NCBI GenBank assembly: GCA_963719515.1
Contig: CAVRCJ010000014.1
Coordinates: forward strand, 128,001-192,000
DNA from: an uncultured cyanobacterium
GTDB lineage: Bacteria > Cyanobacteriota > Cyanobacteriia > CAKZMO01
DNA length: 64,000 bases
Reading direction: 5' to 3'
The notes under the pieces are model-generated. The model searched no databases, was not told the DNA's origin, and saw only the letters and a program-made list of their open reading frames with translations. Below are positions 52,573-63,439 of the stretch, piece by piece. Numbering within the stretch: position 1 is the stretch's first letter; each line of letters starts with the position of its first letter. A program made the translations under genes and the position numbers.

Positions 52573-53780
52573 CGGGTGTCCATAAAGCGCTCGATACAGC
52601 GGACAAATAGCTCTACGCCCGTAGCTAGGGCGGACTCGTCAAAATCAAACTTGGGGTGGTGGTGGGGGTAGTCTAGGCCTCGCTCGGCGTTAGCGGCTCC
52701 TAAAAAGAAGTAGCATCCGGGCACCTGCTGCAGAAAGAATGACATATCCTCTCCGCCCATGGTCTGACAGTTTGGCACGACTCCGGCTGGGGTTTCCACT
52801 ACTGCTTCTGCCACCGACCGCACTAGATCGGCCATGGCTGGATCGTTGACGGTGGGTGGGTAGAGCTGCCAGTAGTCTAGCGTATAGGTAGCCCCGTATC
52901 CCTGACAAATTCCGGCGACGGTCTGCTCGACTTGACGGCGAAAGAAGCCGTTTAGGTCGTCGTCGAAGTAGCGCACCGTACCGGTCAGGGTGGCGGAATC
53001 GGCAATCACGTTGTGGGCCTTACCCGCGTGGAAGGAGCCTACGGTGACTACCCCAGCCTTGAGAGGATCGAGGTTGCGGGCTACGATCGCCTGCAGCGCG
53101 GTAACCACCTGGGAGGCAACGACGATTGAATCTATGGTCTGGTGAGGGATGGCCCCGTGGCCCCCTTTCCCGTAAACCGTGCAGTTGAACAGCTCTACGG
53201 CGGCCATCATTGGTCCGGGGCAAACGCCTACGGTCCCTAAGGGCAGATTGTTCCACAGGTGCAGACCAATAACGCCATCTACCTTGGGGTTATCAAGCAC
53301 GCCCGCCGCCACCATCGGTTTGGCGCCACCGCCGTCTACGCCTTCTTCAGCGGGCTGAAAAATTAGTTTCACCGTGCCCGCGATCTCATGGCGGTGCTGC
53401 TGCAGATAGTAAGCCGTGCCAAGGGCGATCGCCGTATGGCCGTCGTGACCGCAGGCGTGCATAACGCCGTCGTGCTGAGAGCGGTAGGGCACCTGATTGG
53501 CTTCTTGAATGGGCAGGGCGTCCATGTCGGCGCGAATGGCCAGCACCGGGCCGGGGCGGCTTCCTTCAATGAGGGCCACAATGCCCGTATGGGCGATGCC
53601 CGTTTGGTAAGCAATCCCCCACTCCGCTAGCTTCTGGGCGACAACGCTCGCCGTTAAATGCTCACAAAAGCCTAGCTCAGGCTTTTGATGAAACCCTCGC
53701 CGCCACTGCACGAGCTGGGGCTGAAGCGCTTGAATCGCTGGACGGACGGGAGCAGTGCTCAGCGTAGGGGCAGTAACCAT
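52569..53780 (-). CDS. M20 family amidohydrolase
   Basis: RRGFHQKPELG, RADMDALP, MHACGHDGH, FQPAEE, GKGGHG, GEDMS, HHPKFD. Confidence 0.92.
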   Translation of the reverse strand: MVTAPTLSTAPVRPAIQALQPQLVQWRRGFHQKPELGFCEHLTASVVAQKLAEWGIAYQTGIAHTGIVALIEGSRPGPVLAIRADMDALPIQEANQVPYRSQHDGVMHACGHDGHTAIALGTAYYLQQHRHEIAGTVKLIFQPAEEGVDGGGAKPMVAAGVLDNPKVDGVIGLHLWNNLPLGTVGVCPGPMMAAVELFNCTVYGKGGHGAIPHQTIDSIVVASQVVTALQAIVARNLDPLKAGVVTVGSFHAGKAHNVIADSATLTGTVRYFDDDLNGFFRRQVEQTVAGICQGYGATYTLDYWQLYPPTVNDPAMADLVRSVAEAVVETPAGVVPNCQTMGGEDMSFFLQQVPGCYFFLGAANAERGLDYPHHHPKFDFDESALATGVELFVRCIERFMDTR

Positions 53781-53901
53781 AAAGAAAAATTTGCGGCAGT
53801 TTAGCGACAGTTTAGGCCGTAGCTCTAAACCGACATGCCTAGATTTTAGCGTCTTCACGAGCGCGCTTCAGCACTGTTGCCCTCCTTCCTCGTGAGCGAG
53901 C

Positions 53902-54555
53902 CTAAGCGGCAGAGACCAGCGCAGACAGCAGGAGCGATGGCGAGAAGAGGCGCTCTAGGTCTAGGCCAGATGCGGCAGTCGCCAGCGCGCTTTGGTCTGT
54001 CGTATCTGCCAAGTACGGCAGCATTCCCAATAGGGGAACTTGAGTGAGAGAGTGAATGAGGGCGCCCGCGTCAGCCGGTGTCTCAGCGTCAAGCGACTTT
54101 TGGTTGAGCACAATGCCCTTAAGATGCACCCGCTCCTGGCGCGCAAGCGCCACGTGGGCGATCGCCTGACCCACCATTCCAGCGGCCATCGGAACCACGA
54201 GCACCGTCGGCAGCCGCCAGTCCCAAGCGAGGTCGGCCACCGTTGCTTCGGGCGTTAGGGGGGTGCCTAGCTCACCCGGTAGCTCTAGCAAAACGGCCTT
54301 GCTAGACGGCTGGGTGCCGGAGGAACCGCTAGGGAGTTCGCTAGAGGAATTGCCAGAGCGATCGCCAGAGAGTGCGCTGAGCTGCTGCCAAACCTGGGCT
54401 AGATCCATCCAGCGATCGCCGCCGCTGGGCGGTGCTGCAGGTGTGAGCAGGGCTAGACGCTCTGAAGCGTAGGTCTGCCAGTAAGCGCCCAGAGCAGCGG
54501 CCAGAGTGCTCTTTCCAGCTTGGATAGCTGTTCCAGAAATCAGTAGCGTACTCAC
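53902..54555 (-). CDS. bioD: Dethiobiotin synthase-like protein (shortened)
   Basis: LLISGTAIQAGKS P-loop, LGTPLT..TVADLAWDWRLPTVLVV, LKGIVLN, VPLLGMLP. Confidence 0.7.
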   Translation of the reverse strand: MSTLLISGTAIQAGKSTLAAALGAYWQTYASERLALLTPAAPPSGGDRWMDLAQVWQQLSALSGDRSGNSSSELPSGSSGTQPSSKAVLLELPGELGTPLTPEATVADLAWDWRLPTVLVVPMAAGMVGQAIAHVALARQERVHLKGIVLNQKSLDAETPADAGALIHSLTQVPLLGMLPYLADTTDQSALATAASGLDLERLFSPSLLLSALVSAA

Positions 54556-54573
54556 AGACTTACACTCACAGAT

Positions 54574-56639
54574 TCAGTTTATGTTAACGATGCTTAAATC
54601 TACCATAAACGTGCTGGGACTCTCGGCCACGACGTCGATCTGGTAGTCTCCAGCGCGAGGAATCTGCGTCTCCCAAGCGCTCACGCCGCGAGCACCCCGG
54701 AGGACAGTGCCGTCAGGGCTGCGTACTGTAAGGGCCACTTCCCCCCGGAGAACTTCAGCCTTGAGAACCTGATTCGCCGCCGCCCGCAAGCGATACCGCT
54801 GAATCTGACGGGGGGCCGCTCGCCCAGACACGATGGTTCCCGTTGAGTTGAGGGGGAACTGTACGTTTTGAGATATGATCTCTGGCTCTGATTCCGGTTC
54901 GGGCTCGGGCTCAGGTTCCGGTTCGGGCGCAGGTGGGGGTTCGGGCGCAGGCTCAGGTTCCGGCTCCGGCGCAGGTGGGGGTTCGGGCTCAGGTTCGGGC
55001 CGGGTTCCGGCTCGGGCGTAGGTTCCGGCTCGGGCTCGGGTTCCGGCTCCGGCGTGGGACGGGGACGGGATCGAGGAGCACCGACTAGTTCGACCGTCAG
55101 GCTGTAGTCGCTCGTCTCAATGCCTTCAACGGGAGCCAGCTGGATGACATAATCTTCGCTGGACTTCAGCTCACCACTCCAGCTTTGAACCCGCCGCGAT
55201 CGCCGGCCTTCAACCGGACGCTCGTTAGCTCCCAAAACCGTCATCAGTACGCCTTCTTGGTCTAGATTGGCCGACAGGGTTTGGCCCCTCTCGGCACTTA
55301 CCACGTAGTTGATGGTTTCGTTTTGGAGTAGACTCCCCTTCACCACCCGCGGTTCTCCCAAGTCCAGGCCTAGGGGCTGACTATATTCCACAGGTCCAGA
55401 GGGGGTATCTGGCGGCGTCTCGATATCCGGCTGATCGGTTTCCACCACCGGAGACCGCTCTGGCGAATTAAATATCGCGTTGACGATGGCAAAAGCCCCA
55501 ACCGCCGTCACCACTGCCAGCGCCGCCGCGATCGCTAGCATGGACCAGAGGTTATCCCACACCGATTTCTCGCGGGGCGGCGGAGCCTGAACCGTATGCT
55601 GCCTCGTGGGAGAAGCAGTCGGACTCGTCGGACTCTGGGGCTGGGCCGAGCCCTGGGCCACCGTCGTGGGATTGGGGCGACCCACGGCAACCGTGCGCAT
55701 TTGGGAGGCCGGGGGCTGAGGCCGCGGGGGCTGAGGGCGTAGGGGTTGAGGGGCTTGGGTGGGGGGTGGCGTGAGTGCCGTAGAGGGAGAGGCCGTGGTC
55801 ATCAGCGGCATGGACTGCAGCGCTTGGGACAGCTCATCCACCGACTGGTAGCGATCGCTAGGGCGATAGCTCAGCATGCGCGCCAAAATCGGCATGAAAG
55901 AGGCGCTAGCGGGGATGTCCTGCCAGTTCCAGGTGAGGATGACGTCATCGAACAAATCTTGGGGTTCTTGGCCGCTGAGGAGCACCAGTGCCGTCACCGC
56001 TAGAGCATAGAGGTCGCTGCTGGGGTAGGCCCGCCCCGTCTGCACCTGCTCGCTGGGGGCATACCCCGGCTTGCCAACGGTGGTGGTCGGCGTTGTTTTC
56101 TCGGGCATCTGCACCCGGGTGACAATCTCTTTCACCACGCCAAAGTCGATCAGCACTGGCAGGCGATCGCGCTGCCGCAAAATAATGTTGTCTGGGGTGA
56201 TATCTCGGTGGATGATTCCTTTGCTGTGAATATGACGCAGCACGGGAATTAGCTGCTGGATGAGCGACGCGACCTCGGCTTCGGTAAACAGTTCCCCAGT
56301 CTGCTGGCGCTGGTCGAGCAGCTCGCGGTAGGTCTGGCCCTCAATGTAGTCCTGCATCAAGAACAGCCGGTCTTCCTCTTCAAACACCGCCCGAAACTGA
56401 GGCACCTGAGAATGCTGAATTTGATAGAGAATTTGAGCTTCTCGCTGGAACAGCTCGCGAGATTTTTCGAGGGCGTAGGGGCTGCTGGAGTTCGGCATAA
56501 ACTCCTTAATCACGCAGTTCTCTTCGAAACGTCCCTGATCTTGAGCGAGATAGGTGCGGCCGAATCCGCCTTGCCCCAGGACGCTCTGAATATGATATCG
56601 ATTTTGTAGAACGGTGCCGTTGGAGAGGGGTGGTTGCAT
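54574..56639 (-). CDS. Ser/Thr protein kinase (kinase, TM, PPC-like domains, Pro-Glu linker), frameshifted near 55000
   Basis: LGQGGFG, VIKE, HRDITPDN, IDFG, GYAPSEQ; the C-terminal domain continues in ORF 54574-54831. Confidence 0.88.
54893..55066. repeat. Hexamer repeats encoding a (PE)n linker
   Basis: Runs of ttccgg, ctcggg and ctcagg. Confidence 0.75.
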
Positions 56640-57046
56640 GGTGAACCGGCGATGATTCAACGCGGGGCTGACAACTTTACAGTGAAGGCTGCGGCTTGCG
56701 ATCGCAAGTCTCGCATCACAAACAAGTCTAAGGTAGAGTGAGGCAGTCCGGCATGTCAGCCGTGAATACTAGACCCAAATATTGAATTTCCCGCCCCCCG
56801 CTCCTTCTCACTCGCGTCAGGCTTTCTCTACCGCAGCAGCCCAGCAGCGCGAACAGGTGCGAAACCGAAAGGGCCACCAAAGGAGCAGCCCCACCGGGCT
56901 AAATCGCCGCTCCGGTAGGGCTGAAACGCAGTTAGGAGGTATCTATTGCAACGGTATCGGTACTCTGGCCCTATGTGCCTTTCTTTTAACAAGTTCTTAA
57001 GCTATGGCCAGCCCACAGGTGCTGAGACGATAGCTGAGCTCGGCCC

Positions 57047-57946
57047 ATGACGACGCAACGGCTTGGAACGCTCTACGGCGTGAGCGCCGGCCCGGGTGAT
57101 CCAGAGTTGATCACTCTCAAAGGGCTCAGGCTCATTCAAAGTGCTGCGGTCGTTGCCTTCCCGGCTGGCAAGGGCGATCGCCCCGGCGTGGCCCAGCGCA
57201 TCATCGCACCCTGGCTGCAGCCCCACCAGATCCAGCTGCCGCTGACGTTTCCCTACACCCAAGATAGTGAGGCCCTCGCTACAGCCTGGGCTACCGCCGC
57301 CGCAACCGTGGCCCAGCACCTCCAGCAGCACGACGTGGTGTTTGTCTCCGAGGGAGACGTTAGCTTCTACAGCACCTTTACCTATCTTGCCGAGTCTCTA
57401 CGCCAGCAGCTTCCAACGGCGACGATCACAGCGGTACCGGGCGTTTGCTCCCCTTTGGCGGCGGCGGCGGCCTTAGGGCTGCCGTTGACCTTAGGAGACC
57501 AGCGATTGACGGTGCTGCCGGCGCTGTATTCAGCCGCCAGTGTGGATGGTTCGAAGCTGCCTGTGCCAAGTCTGGGCACGGCAGGTCTGGGCACGGCAGG
57601 TCTGGGCACGGCAGGTCTGGGCACGGCAAATCTAGACGCTGCAAATCTGGGCCCGTTAAAGTCAGGTGTTTCAAATCTGGAAACAGCGCTCGATATCAGC
57701 GACGTCGTGGTTTTAATGAAAGTAAGCTCGGTGTACGAGAAAGTGTGGCAGGTGCTGCAGAATCGTCAGCTGCTGGAGACCAGCTCCGTTGTAGAATGGG
57801 CCACCGGAGAGCAGCAAACCCTATATCGTGGACTAGGCGATCGCCCCGGGCTGTCGCTGTCCTACTTCTCGCTGATGATTATCGAGGTTTCCCCCTCACG
57901 CTACGGTCGCCGCGCTCCTGCCAACCCCTCCCTCAACGATCAATGA
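57047..57946 (+). CDS. cobI: Precorrin-2 C20-methyltransferase
   Basis: LYGVSAGPGDPELITLKG, EGDVSFYSTF, VPGVCS, VLMKV, SYFSLMI. Confidence 0.9.
   Translation: MTTQRLGTLYGVSAGPGDPELITLKGLRLIQSAAVVAFPAGKGDRPGVAQRIIAPWLQPHQIQLPLTFPYTQDSEALATAWATAAATVAQHLQQHDVVFVSEGDVSFYSTFTYLAESLRQQLPTATITAVPGVCSPLAAAAALGLPLTLGDQRLTVLPALYSAASVDGSKLPVPSLGTAGLGTAGLGTAGLGTANLDAANLGPLKSGVSNLETALDISDVVVLMKVSSVYEKVWQVLQNRQLLETSSVVEWATGEQQTLYRGLGDRPGLSLSYFSLMIIEVSPSRYGRRAPANPSLNDQ
57571..57628 (+). repeat. 15-bp tandem repeat (tctgggcacggcagg) of about four copies inside cobI
   Basis: Directly visible; encodes LGTAG repeats. Confidence 0.85.
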
Positions 57947-58078
57947 CGCCATTCGCCCGAAAGATATCTAACGCCAAAAGATATTTAACGCCAATGGATA
58001 AATTGGTTACCGTCCGTTCCGGATTGGGGTCCTGTCTGACTAGAATAAACTGTGTAACTTCCACCGCCCGCAGACCGA

Positions 58079-59227
58079 ATGAGCGCTATGCCAAACCGAT
58101 TTAGCTCAGTCTCTATTCGACGCATGATGCGGCAGCCGGGCTGGTGGGCTGCTGCTTCGTCCTTGGGGTTCCACGGGCTCCTGTTCATGCTGCTGCCCCT
58201 GCTGCCTACGCCGCCGTCCCTTGGCGACGACATCGACTCACGCACGGTATCAGTCTTTGAACTATCTTCGGCAGATACAGAGCGGTTGCCCAACTTCTTA
58301 GAGTCGGAGCTGTCACTGCCGCCTCTGCCCGACGCGCCCGCCCCTGAAGGTCAGCAAACTTTAGAACTTGAGCCCTACAAGTTTGACCTTGGTCCTAACA
58401 TTGTCGAATCTCAGCGGCAGTTTGAGCAGGCGCCCCGCTCATCGGCAAGCTACAGCTTTCCCAGCATCTTCCCCAACCTGCCTGACCCCAGCGTCTTCGA
58501 GCGCCGGCAGAGCGTTGTTATTCCGCCGCCGCCTCAAAGGCCACAGCAGCGTCCGCAGCTCGATATTGTCCCTATTCAGCCGTCGCCCCCCCAAGTGGTA
58601 GACGAAGCGCCCTCACCTACCGCGCCTGAGCAGGGGACCGCAGCGGATTTGCGGTCCCCCAACGGCCAGGAAACCCCAGCCGAACAACCCGACGCCGACG
58701 CCGACGCTGGCTCCAGCGGCGCTGCTCCAGAGGAACCCAGTCAAGTGGCTCGGGCTTCTGATCCGGCTCCCCCAGAAAGAATTGAGCTGTCGGAGGAGCA
58801 GCAGCAGGCCTACAACCGCCTCTACGGCTACAGCGCCAGCGGCACCAGCGCGGGAGAAGCCCAGGTGGCGGCAACGACCTGGCTGACGGAGGGGCTTGGC
58901 CTCAGCATTAGCGAGGTTGACATCCTCAGAAATCCGCTGCGTATGTCCATCAACTACCCCAAGGACGCCTGTGCCATCGGGGCGGATGAGGGGAGTTTGG
59001 TGTCTTACTACGGCGTCGTCCTAGGCGATGACGGCACCGTTTCTAGCGAACCGGTTTTAGTTCGCAGCTCGGGATACGGCGTCCTCAACCTGGAGGGGAA
59101 AGCGGCGGCTGCAGGCCAGACTTTTGAAGAGGCTAGCGGCCCTGCCCTAGTTGGGGTAGAGTTCGTCTACAGCGACGCTAATTGCTCTGTGTCGGAGGCG
59201 ATCGCCCGGGACGAGGCGGGTCAATAG
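58079..59227 (+). CDS. Proline-rich single-TM protein with a TonB-C-like C-terminus
   Basis: SSLGFHGLLF anchor (SxxxH), Pro-rich spacer, YP...G.V..P.LVRSSGY.VLN. Confidence 0.65.
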   Translation: MSAMPNRFSSVSIRRMMRQPGWWAAASSLGFHGLLFMLLPLLPTPPSLGDDIDSRTVSVFELSSADTERLPNFLESELSLPPLPDAPAPEGQQTLELEPYKFDLGPNIVESQRQFEQAPRSSASYSFPSIFPNLPDPSVFERRQSVVIPPPPQRPQQRPQLDIVPIQPSPPQVVDEAPSPTAPEQGTAADLRSPNGQETPAEQPDADADAGSSGAAPEEPSQVARASDPAPPERIELSEEQQQAYNRLYGYSASGTSAGEAQVAATTWLTEGLGLSISEVDILRNPLRMSINYPKDACAIGADEGSLVSYYGVVLGDDGTVSSEPVLVRSSGYGVLNLEGKAAAAGQTFEEASGPALVGVEFVYSDANCSVSEAIARDEAGQ

Positions 59228-59232
59228 GCCGC

Positions 59233-60258
59233 ATGACGCAAGCTGACTTTAAAACGAAGCTACTGGACTCCGCAGATCGTCTGTTTGACCTGATCGACAG
59301 CTTTCACCGGGCGCGGGTCTTGGTGGCCGGAGACATCACCCTAGATGAGTTCGTCACTGGCGGCGTCGAGCGCCTGTCTCGGGAAGCGCCTGTCCTGATT
59401 TTGCGCCACGAGAGCACGCGTCAGATTCCGGGCGGCGGGGCCAATGCGGTCTACAACATCGCCAAGCTGGGGGGACAGGTGAAGGTGGTGGGGCTGGTGG
59501 GCGATGATAGCCAGGGGCTTGCCATTCGCCGCATCTTTACTGAGGCGGGCGTCGATACCGCCGGGCTGCTGCTAGACCGCGATCGCCCCACGGTGACTAA
59601 AAGCCGCATCTCTGGCCACGCTCGCCAGTCGGTAACCCAGCAGATTGTGCGAGTAGACCGCAAGTCGGATGACCCACCCCGCCCAGAGCTGATGCAGGCT
59701 CTAGCAGACTACGCAAAGACTCAGCAGGGCACAGTGGATACGGCGGTGTGCTCGGACTACGGCGATGGGGTGCTCAGCGCGCCGGTGATTCAAGCCATGT
59801 TGCGCTACGAGCGCGTGATTGTGGATGCGCAGCTCGATCTGCATCGCTACCCCGGCGCGACGCTGTTTACGCCAAACCTGCCGGAGGCGGAAAAGGCGGT
59901 GGGCTACCCTATCAACAAGCCGGAGCTGCTGCAGAGGGCAGGGAAAGACCTATTGTCCCTCACCCAAGCCGAAAAGATGCTGATTACGCGCGGTGAAGAA
60001 GGCATGAGCCTGTTTGAGCAGGATGGCCAACTGCACATTCCCGCCTTTAACCGCACAGACGTGTTTGACGTGACGGGGGCTGGGGATACGGTGGTGGCGG
60101 GGCTATCCCTATCGCTGAGCGTTGGGGCATCACCCTGGGAGGCGATCGTGCTGGGAAACCTGGCGGCGAGTTTAGTCGTGCGCCAATTTGGAACCGCAAC
60201 GACGTCGAGGGCGGAGATGAAGCGGGCGCTGACGGCGCTGCTAGAAAAGTTCCGGTAG
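59233..60258 (+). CDS. Heptose-7-phosphate kinase (RfaE/HldE kinase domain, PfkB family)
   Basis: VLVAGDITLDEF..G.VERLSREAPV, GGGANA, TPNLPEA, DVTGAGDT. Confidence 0.85.
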   Translation: MTQADFKTKLLDSADRLFDLIDSFHRARVLVAGDITLDEFVTGGVERLSREAPVLILRHESTRQIPGGGANAVYNIAKLGGQVKVVGLVGDDSQGLAIRRIFTEAGVDTAGLLLDRDRPTVTKSRISGHARQSVTQQIVRVDRKSDDPPRPELMQALADYAKTQQGTVDTAVCSDYGDGVLSAPVIQAMLRYERVIVDAQLDLHRYPGATLFTPNLPEAEKAVGYPINKPELLQRAGKDLLSLTQAEKMLITRGEEGMSLFEQDGQLHIPAFNRTDVFDVTGAGDTVVAGLSLSLSVGASPWEAIVLGNLAASLVVRQFGTATTSRAEMKRALTALLEKFR

Positions 60259-60285
60259 GCGAGCCGACGTCAGGCGACAGGCGTC

Positions 60286-61443
60286 TTAGCTTTGAGCGGT
60301 CAGTGCGAGCTGTTGGCTGACGCCAATGCAGGTCTCTAGCGAGGCGTCTGTTTTGAGGGCAGCGGGATCGATGTGGGTAGGGGCCGCGCGATATCCCGCT
60401 GCCTGCAGCGCCGCTATGAGCCGCGATCGCGGGGGAAGATTGAGCCGTCCCCGCTTGCCGATGTCCTGCAGCCGAAAGAAATAGGGGGGCAGCGACGCTT
60501 CCGCGGTCATGACCTCCAAAAGGTCTGCCGCCTGTTGCCAACCCCAGCTTTGGGCCTGCGATCGCCACCGCGCTAGCGCCTCGGGCTCGTGCAGCGGCCC
60601 AAGCCACAGCGGGCCGCTCAGACAGAGGGAGTGACCAGCGCAGGCACAGCTGACGTGGCCCAGCTGCCGCCAGGTCACCGATTGGTAGTTGCCGCAGCGG
60701 TGACAGTAGCCCAAAAAACCGTAGTTGGCCTCCGTCAGGTTGGGCTTGGGCTCTAGCCGCAGCAGAGTACGGTAGATGCTGCCCCGCCGCAAAGACATCA
60801 CGGGGGTAATGCCTAGCTGCCTATTACAGGCCTCTTGCAAAACCCGGCCAATCATTAGCCGCAGCGCCTGCTCATGTTTAGCGGGGTGGTGGCGGGCGTA
60901 GGCTCCGAAGGCAGCGAGGCTTTTTTCGGGATAGCGGCCACAGCTGCTGCTGCCGTCGGTGTGGGTGAGGTAGAGCAGCCCCCCGATCTTGGTGGCCCAG
61001 AGGCTACTGCTGAGCCAGCTGCCGGGAGCCCCAAAAGCATCGACATCCACCAGGTCATAGTAGTCGCGCTGTCGGTAGCATTCGAAAAACACCTCATTGG
61101 CGTCTCGGTGGGTGAGACGGCACTGGCCTTGGGCGATCGCCTCCTGCAGGTTGTCCCGGAGGACTGGCCCGGCGTCTACATTGCTGTCGTTGGCCCATAC
61201 CTCGCTGGCCCCGCTCTCCAGCCAGTAGCGTAGCGATCGCACCCCGCAGCCGCTCATGGCGTCTAGCACCCGCAGCCCCCCGGTGTACTGCCGGTAGTCG
61301 AGGGCGGCAAGCACGCCTAAATCTCTTGAGATCGCCGACGCGGCGCGGTAGAACGCACCGCCGATGCGGAAGCGGGCCTGTCCCTCAGTGCTGTGTGCTT
61401 CAGCTTTAGCTTCGAAGGAGGCGGGAGTTATCTCTAATGTCAT
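60286..61443 (-). CDS. Trm1-like tRNA (guanine-N2) dimethyltransferase
   Basis: FY...SRDLGV, LDAMSGCGVRSLRY, DLVDVDAFG, E.ALRLMI, CHRCG, GPLWLGPLH, THID. Confidence 0.8.
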   Translation of the reverse strand: MTLEITPASFEAKAEAHSTEGQARFRIGGAFYRAASAISRDLGVLAALDYRQYTGGLRVLDAMSGCGVRSLRYWLESGASEVWANDSNVDAGPVLRDNLQEAIAQGQCRLTHRDANEVFFECYRQRDYYDLVDVDAFGAPGSWLSSSLWATKIGGLLYLTHTDGSSSCGRYPEKSLAAFGAYARHHPAKHEQALRLMIGRVLQEACNRQLGITPVMSLRRGSIYRTLLRLEPKPNLTEANYGFLGYCHRCGNYQSVTWRQLGHVSCACAGHSLCLSGPLWLGPLHEPEALARWRSQAQSWGWQQAADLLEVMTAEASLPPYFFRLQDIGKRGRLNLPPRSRLIAALQAAGYRAAPTHIDPAALKTDASLETCIGVSQQLALTAQS

Positions 61444-61557
61444 ACGTTGGCTAAAATCTATCGCGATGGAGAGGGAATATGACGCGCTTGCTTCTACTGT
61501 AAATCCTAGGTGTAGAAGAAAATAGCGCCAAACCGGTCTCCAATTCATTTTTAGTTC

Positions 61558-62655
61558 ATGTCAAACGATAGCCGCAAAGTCGAATCAGACTCTAACCCGA
61601 TTTTGGAAATGTTCGGTGGTGCTGCCGAAGCCCTAGGCGATGCGTCTAAGGTGGCGGCAGATTGGGCAGAGGGGGCGTCTACCCTCATGCAGGGACTTTT
61701 GGAAAAGACCACGGAAACAGCGGGGGAGTGGGCGACCGCGACCCGGAATAACCCCCTGGTGCAGTCTGTCGAGAAAGTGCCCGGCCTCAATTTGCTGCCC
61801 AAAATCCTGGGGGACGTCAGCGCAGAAGACGTCGAGAAAGAAGTCGCCGAGCTAAAGCAAAAGCATCCTAGCGATACCCCCGACGAGCTGGCCCACCGAA
61901 TTATTGTCGACACCGCAATTCAGGCCGGAACCGTTGGGCTGCTGACCAACATTGTGCCGCCGCTAGCGCTGACCCTCTTTGCCGTAGATGTCGCGGCGAT
62001 CACCAAGCTGCAAAGCGAAATGGTCTACCGGATAGCGGGGGCGTACGGCCTTCCCCTGGATAAAGCGGCCCGTCGCGGTGAGGCACTGGCTATTTTTGGG
62101 CTGTCCTTTGGCGGTTCGGGGGCACTGAAAACGGGGCTGGGGCTAGTCGAGCTGATTCCTGGAATTGGCGCTGTTGTCGGCGCGACGTCAAACGCCAGCC
62201 TCATCTACGTTTTGGGTCAGGTGGCGTCTCAATTCTACAAGGCGAAGTCAGAGGGCAAGCAGGTCAGCGCTGAAGACATTCGCCGTGATGGCGAGGCCTA
62301 CCGAAAGCAGGTCGACGTCCAGCAAACCATCATGGACCAGGTGCTGATGCATACGGTGATTGTCAGCTATCCCGACAACGCCACTTCTGAGCTGCTGCCG
62401 GTTTTAGAAAAGCTTTCCCTAGCGTCGACGGCGAGCGACCTAGAGAACCTTCCTCCCCTGATCGAACTGCTCGACCGGCTCGACCCAGACTTTGCTGAAC
62501 CCCTCACCGTCCAATGCTACAAAATTGCCCTCAGCACGGGCGATATTTCCCCCGAGGAGCAGGTCATTCTGGACAGCATCACAACTCGGTTTAATCTATC
62601 GGCTGAAGACTGTCGCCAGGCTGCTGAGACCAGCATGCCCGGTCCGCTCGCTTGA
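61558..62655 (+). CDS. DUF697/EcsC-like protein with a possible TerB-like C-terminus
   Basis: DVAAITKLQSEMVYRIAGAYG, LIPGIGAVVG; C-terminal IALSTGDISPEEQVIL..I. Confidence 0.65.
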   Translation: MSNDSRKVESDSNPILEMFGGAAEALGDASKVAADWAEGASTLMQGLLEKTTETAGEWATATRNNPLVQSVEKVPGLNLLPKILGDVSAEDVEKEVAELKQKHPSDTPDELAHRIIVDTAIQAGTVGLLTNIVPPLALTLFAVDVAAITKLQSEMVYRIAGAYGLPLDKAARRGEALAIFGLSFGGSGALKTGLGLVELIPGIGAVVGATSNASLIYVLGQVASQFYKAKSEGKQVSAEDIRRDGEAYRKQVDVQQTIMDQVLMHTVIVSYPDNATSELLPVLEKLSLASTASDLENLPPLIELLDRLDPDFAEPLTVQCYKIALSTGDISPEEQVILDSITTRFNLSAEDCRQAAETSMPGPLA

Positions 62656-62734
62656 GCCCCGCTTGGGATAGGCGATCGCCTCTGTTCTACCCCAGCCCTT
62701 TGGTGTTTCATTTGCATATACTCGGAGACTATTT

Positions 62735-63271
62735 ATGACCTCTAGTTTAGACAAAGCAATGCCGTTTCTCGGCGACAAGGAGCAGGGGATCGTTAAGTCC
62801 TTCGTCTCCTTTGGCGTAGATGAGCAGCTAGCACTTCTGTACTTCATCTACAAAAAGATGGGAAACTCAATTACCCCGGCTGCGCCAGAAGCCGCCGACC
62901 CGGAGCTAGCGCCGCTTCTAATGGGTGACTTCTATAATCTCTCGAAGGATGACCAGCTCGCCGTTATGCGAGAAATTGCGTCGAACGCCGATACGGAATA
63001 CTCTCACGCCTACGGCGCACTGGCGGAAAACAATCAGCTGGTAGTGCTATACGCCTGGGCGAAGGGAATGGGCGACACCGTTGTCGGCATGCCTAATGAC
63101 TACAAGGCCACGGACAAGATGAATAGCCTAGTCAGTGATATTGAAGGGCTGGACTTTGAGGCGCAGATCTCTGTGCTGCGGACGGTGGCCACCAACATGG
63201 GATACAGCGCGGCTGACGCGGTGGTGACCCAGAAAAACACAACTAAAACGGATAACGTTACCAGCCTATAA
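62735..63271 (+). CDS. Helical carotenoid protein (OCP N-terminal domain homolog)
   Basis: DEQLALLYFIYKKMG.SITPAAP, QLAVMREI, YGAL..NNQL...Y.WA.GMG..V, LDFEAQISVLR...MG. Confidence 0.9.
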   Translation: MTSSLDKAMPFLGDKEQGIVKSFVSFGVDEQLALLYFIYKKMGNSITPAAPEAADPELAPLLMGDFYNLSKDDQLAVMREIASNADTEYSHAYGALAENNQLVVLYAWAKGMGDTVVGMPNDYKATDKMNSLVSDIEGLDFEAQISVLRTVATNMGYSAADAVVTQKNTTKTDNVTSL

Positions 63272-63295
63272 AAGGCTGAACGCCTCCAAAGCAAC

Positions 63296-63335
63296 CGGGC
63301 GGCTGCCTTTCCTTGACCGGACCGGCAGCCGCCCG
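63296..63335. terminator. Hairpin between the convergent HCP gene and glpK
   Basis: cgggcggctgcc...ggcagccgcccg inverted repeat. Confidence 0.55.
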
Positions 63336-63439
63336 TGTGTTGGCTCCGCCGCGCATGTTGCTGGCGGCCTGCCGCGATATACGAAGCCTGTAGGCTAGGT
63401 AGTCTTAAGCTAGGCTTCCCAAAACTGAGCAGCGATCGC

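Noticed and set aside
56840..56930. Cobalamin riboswitch or SRP RNA upstream of cobI
   Set aside because: I could not find the B12-box/GGGAA core or the SRP TCAGG..GGAA..AGCAG motif.
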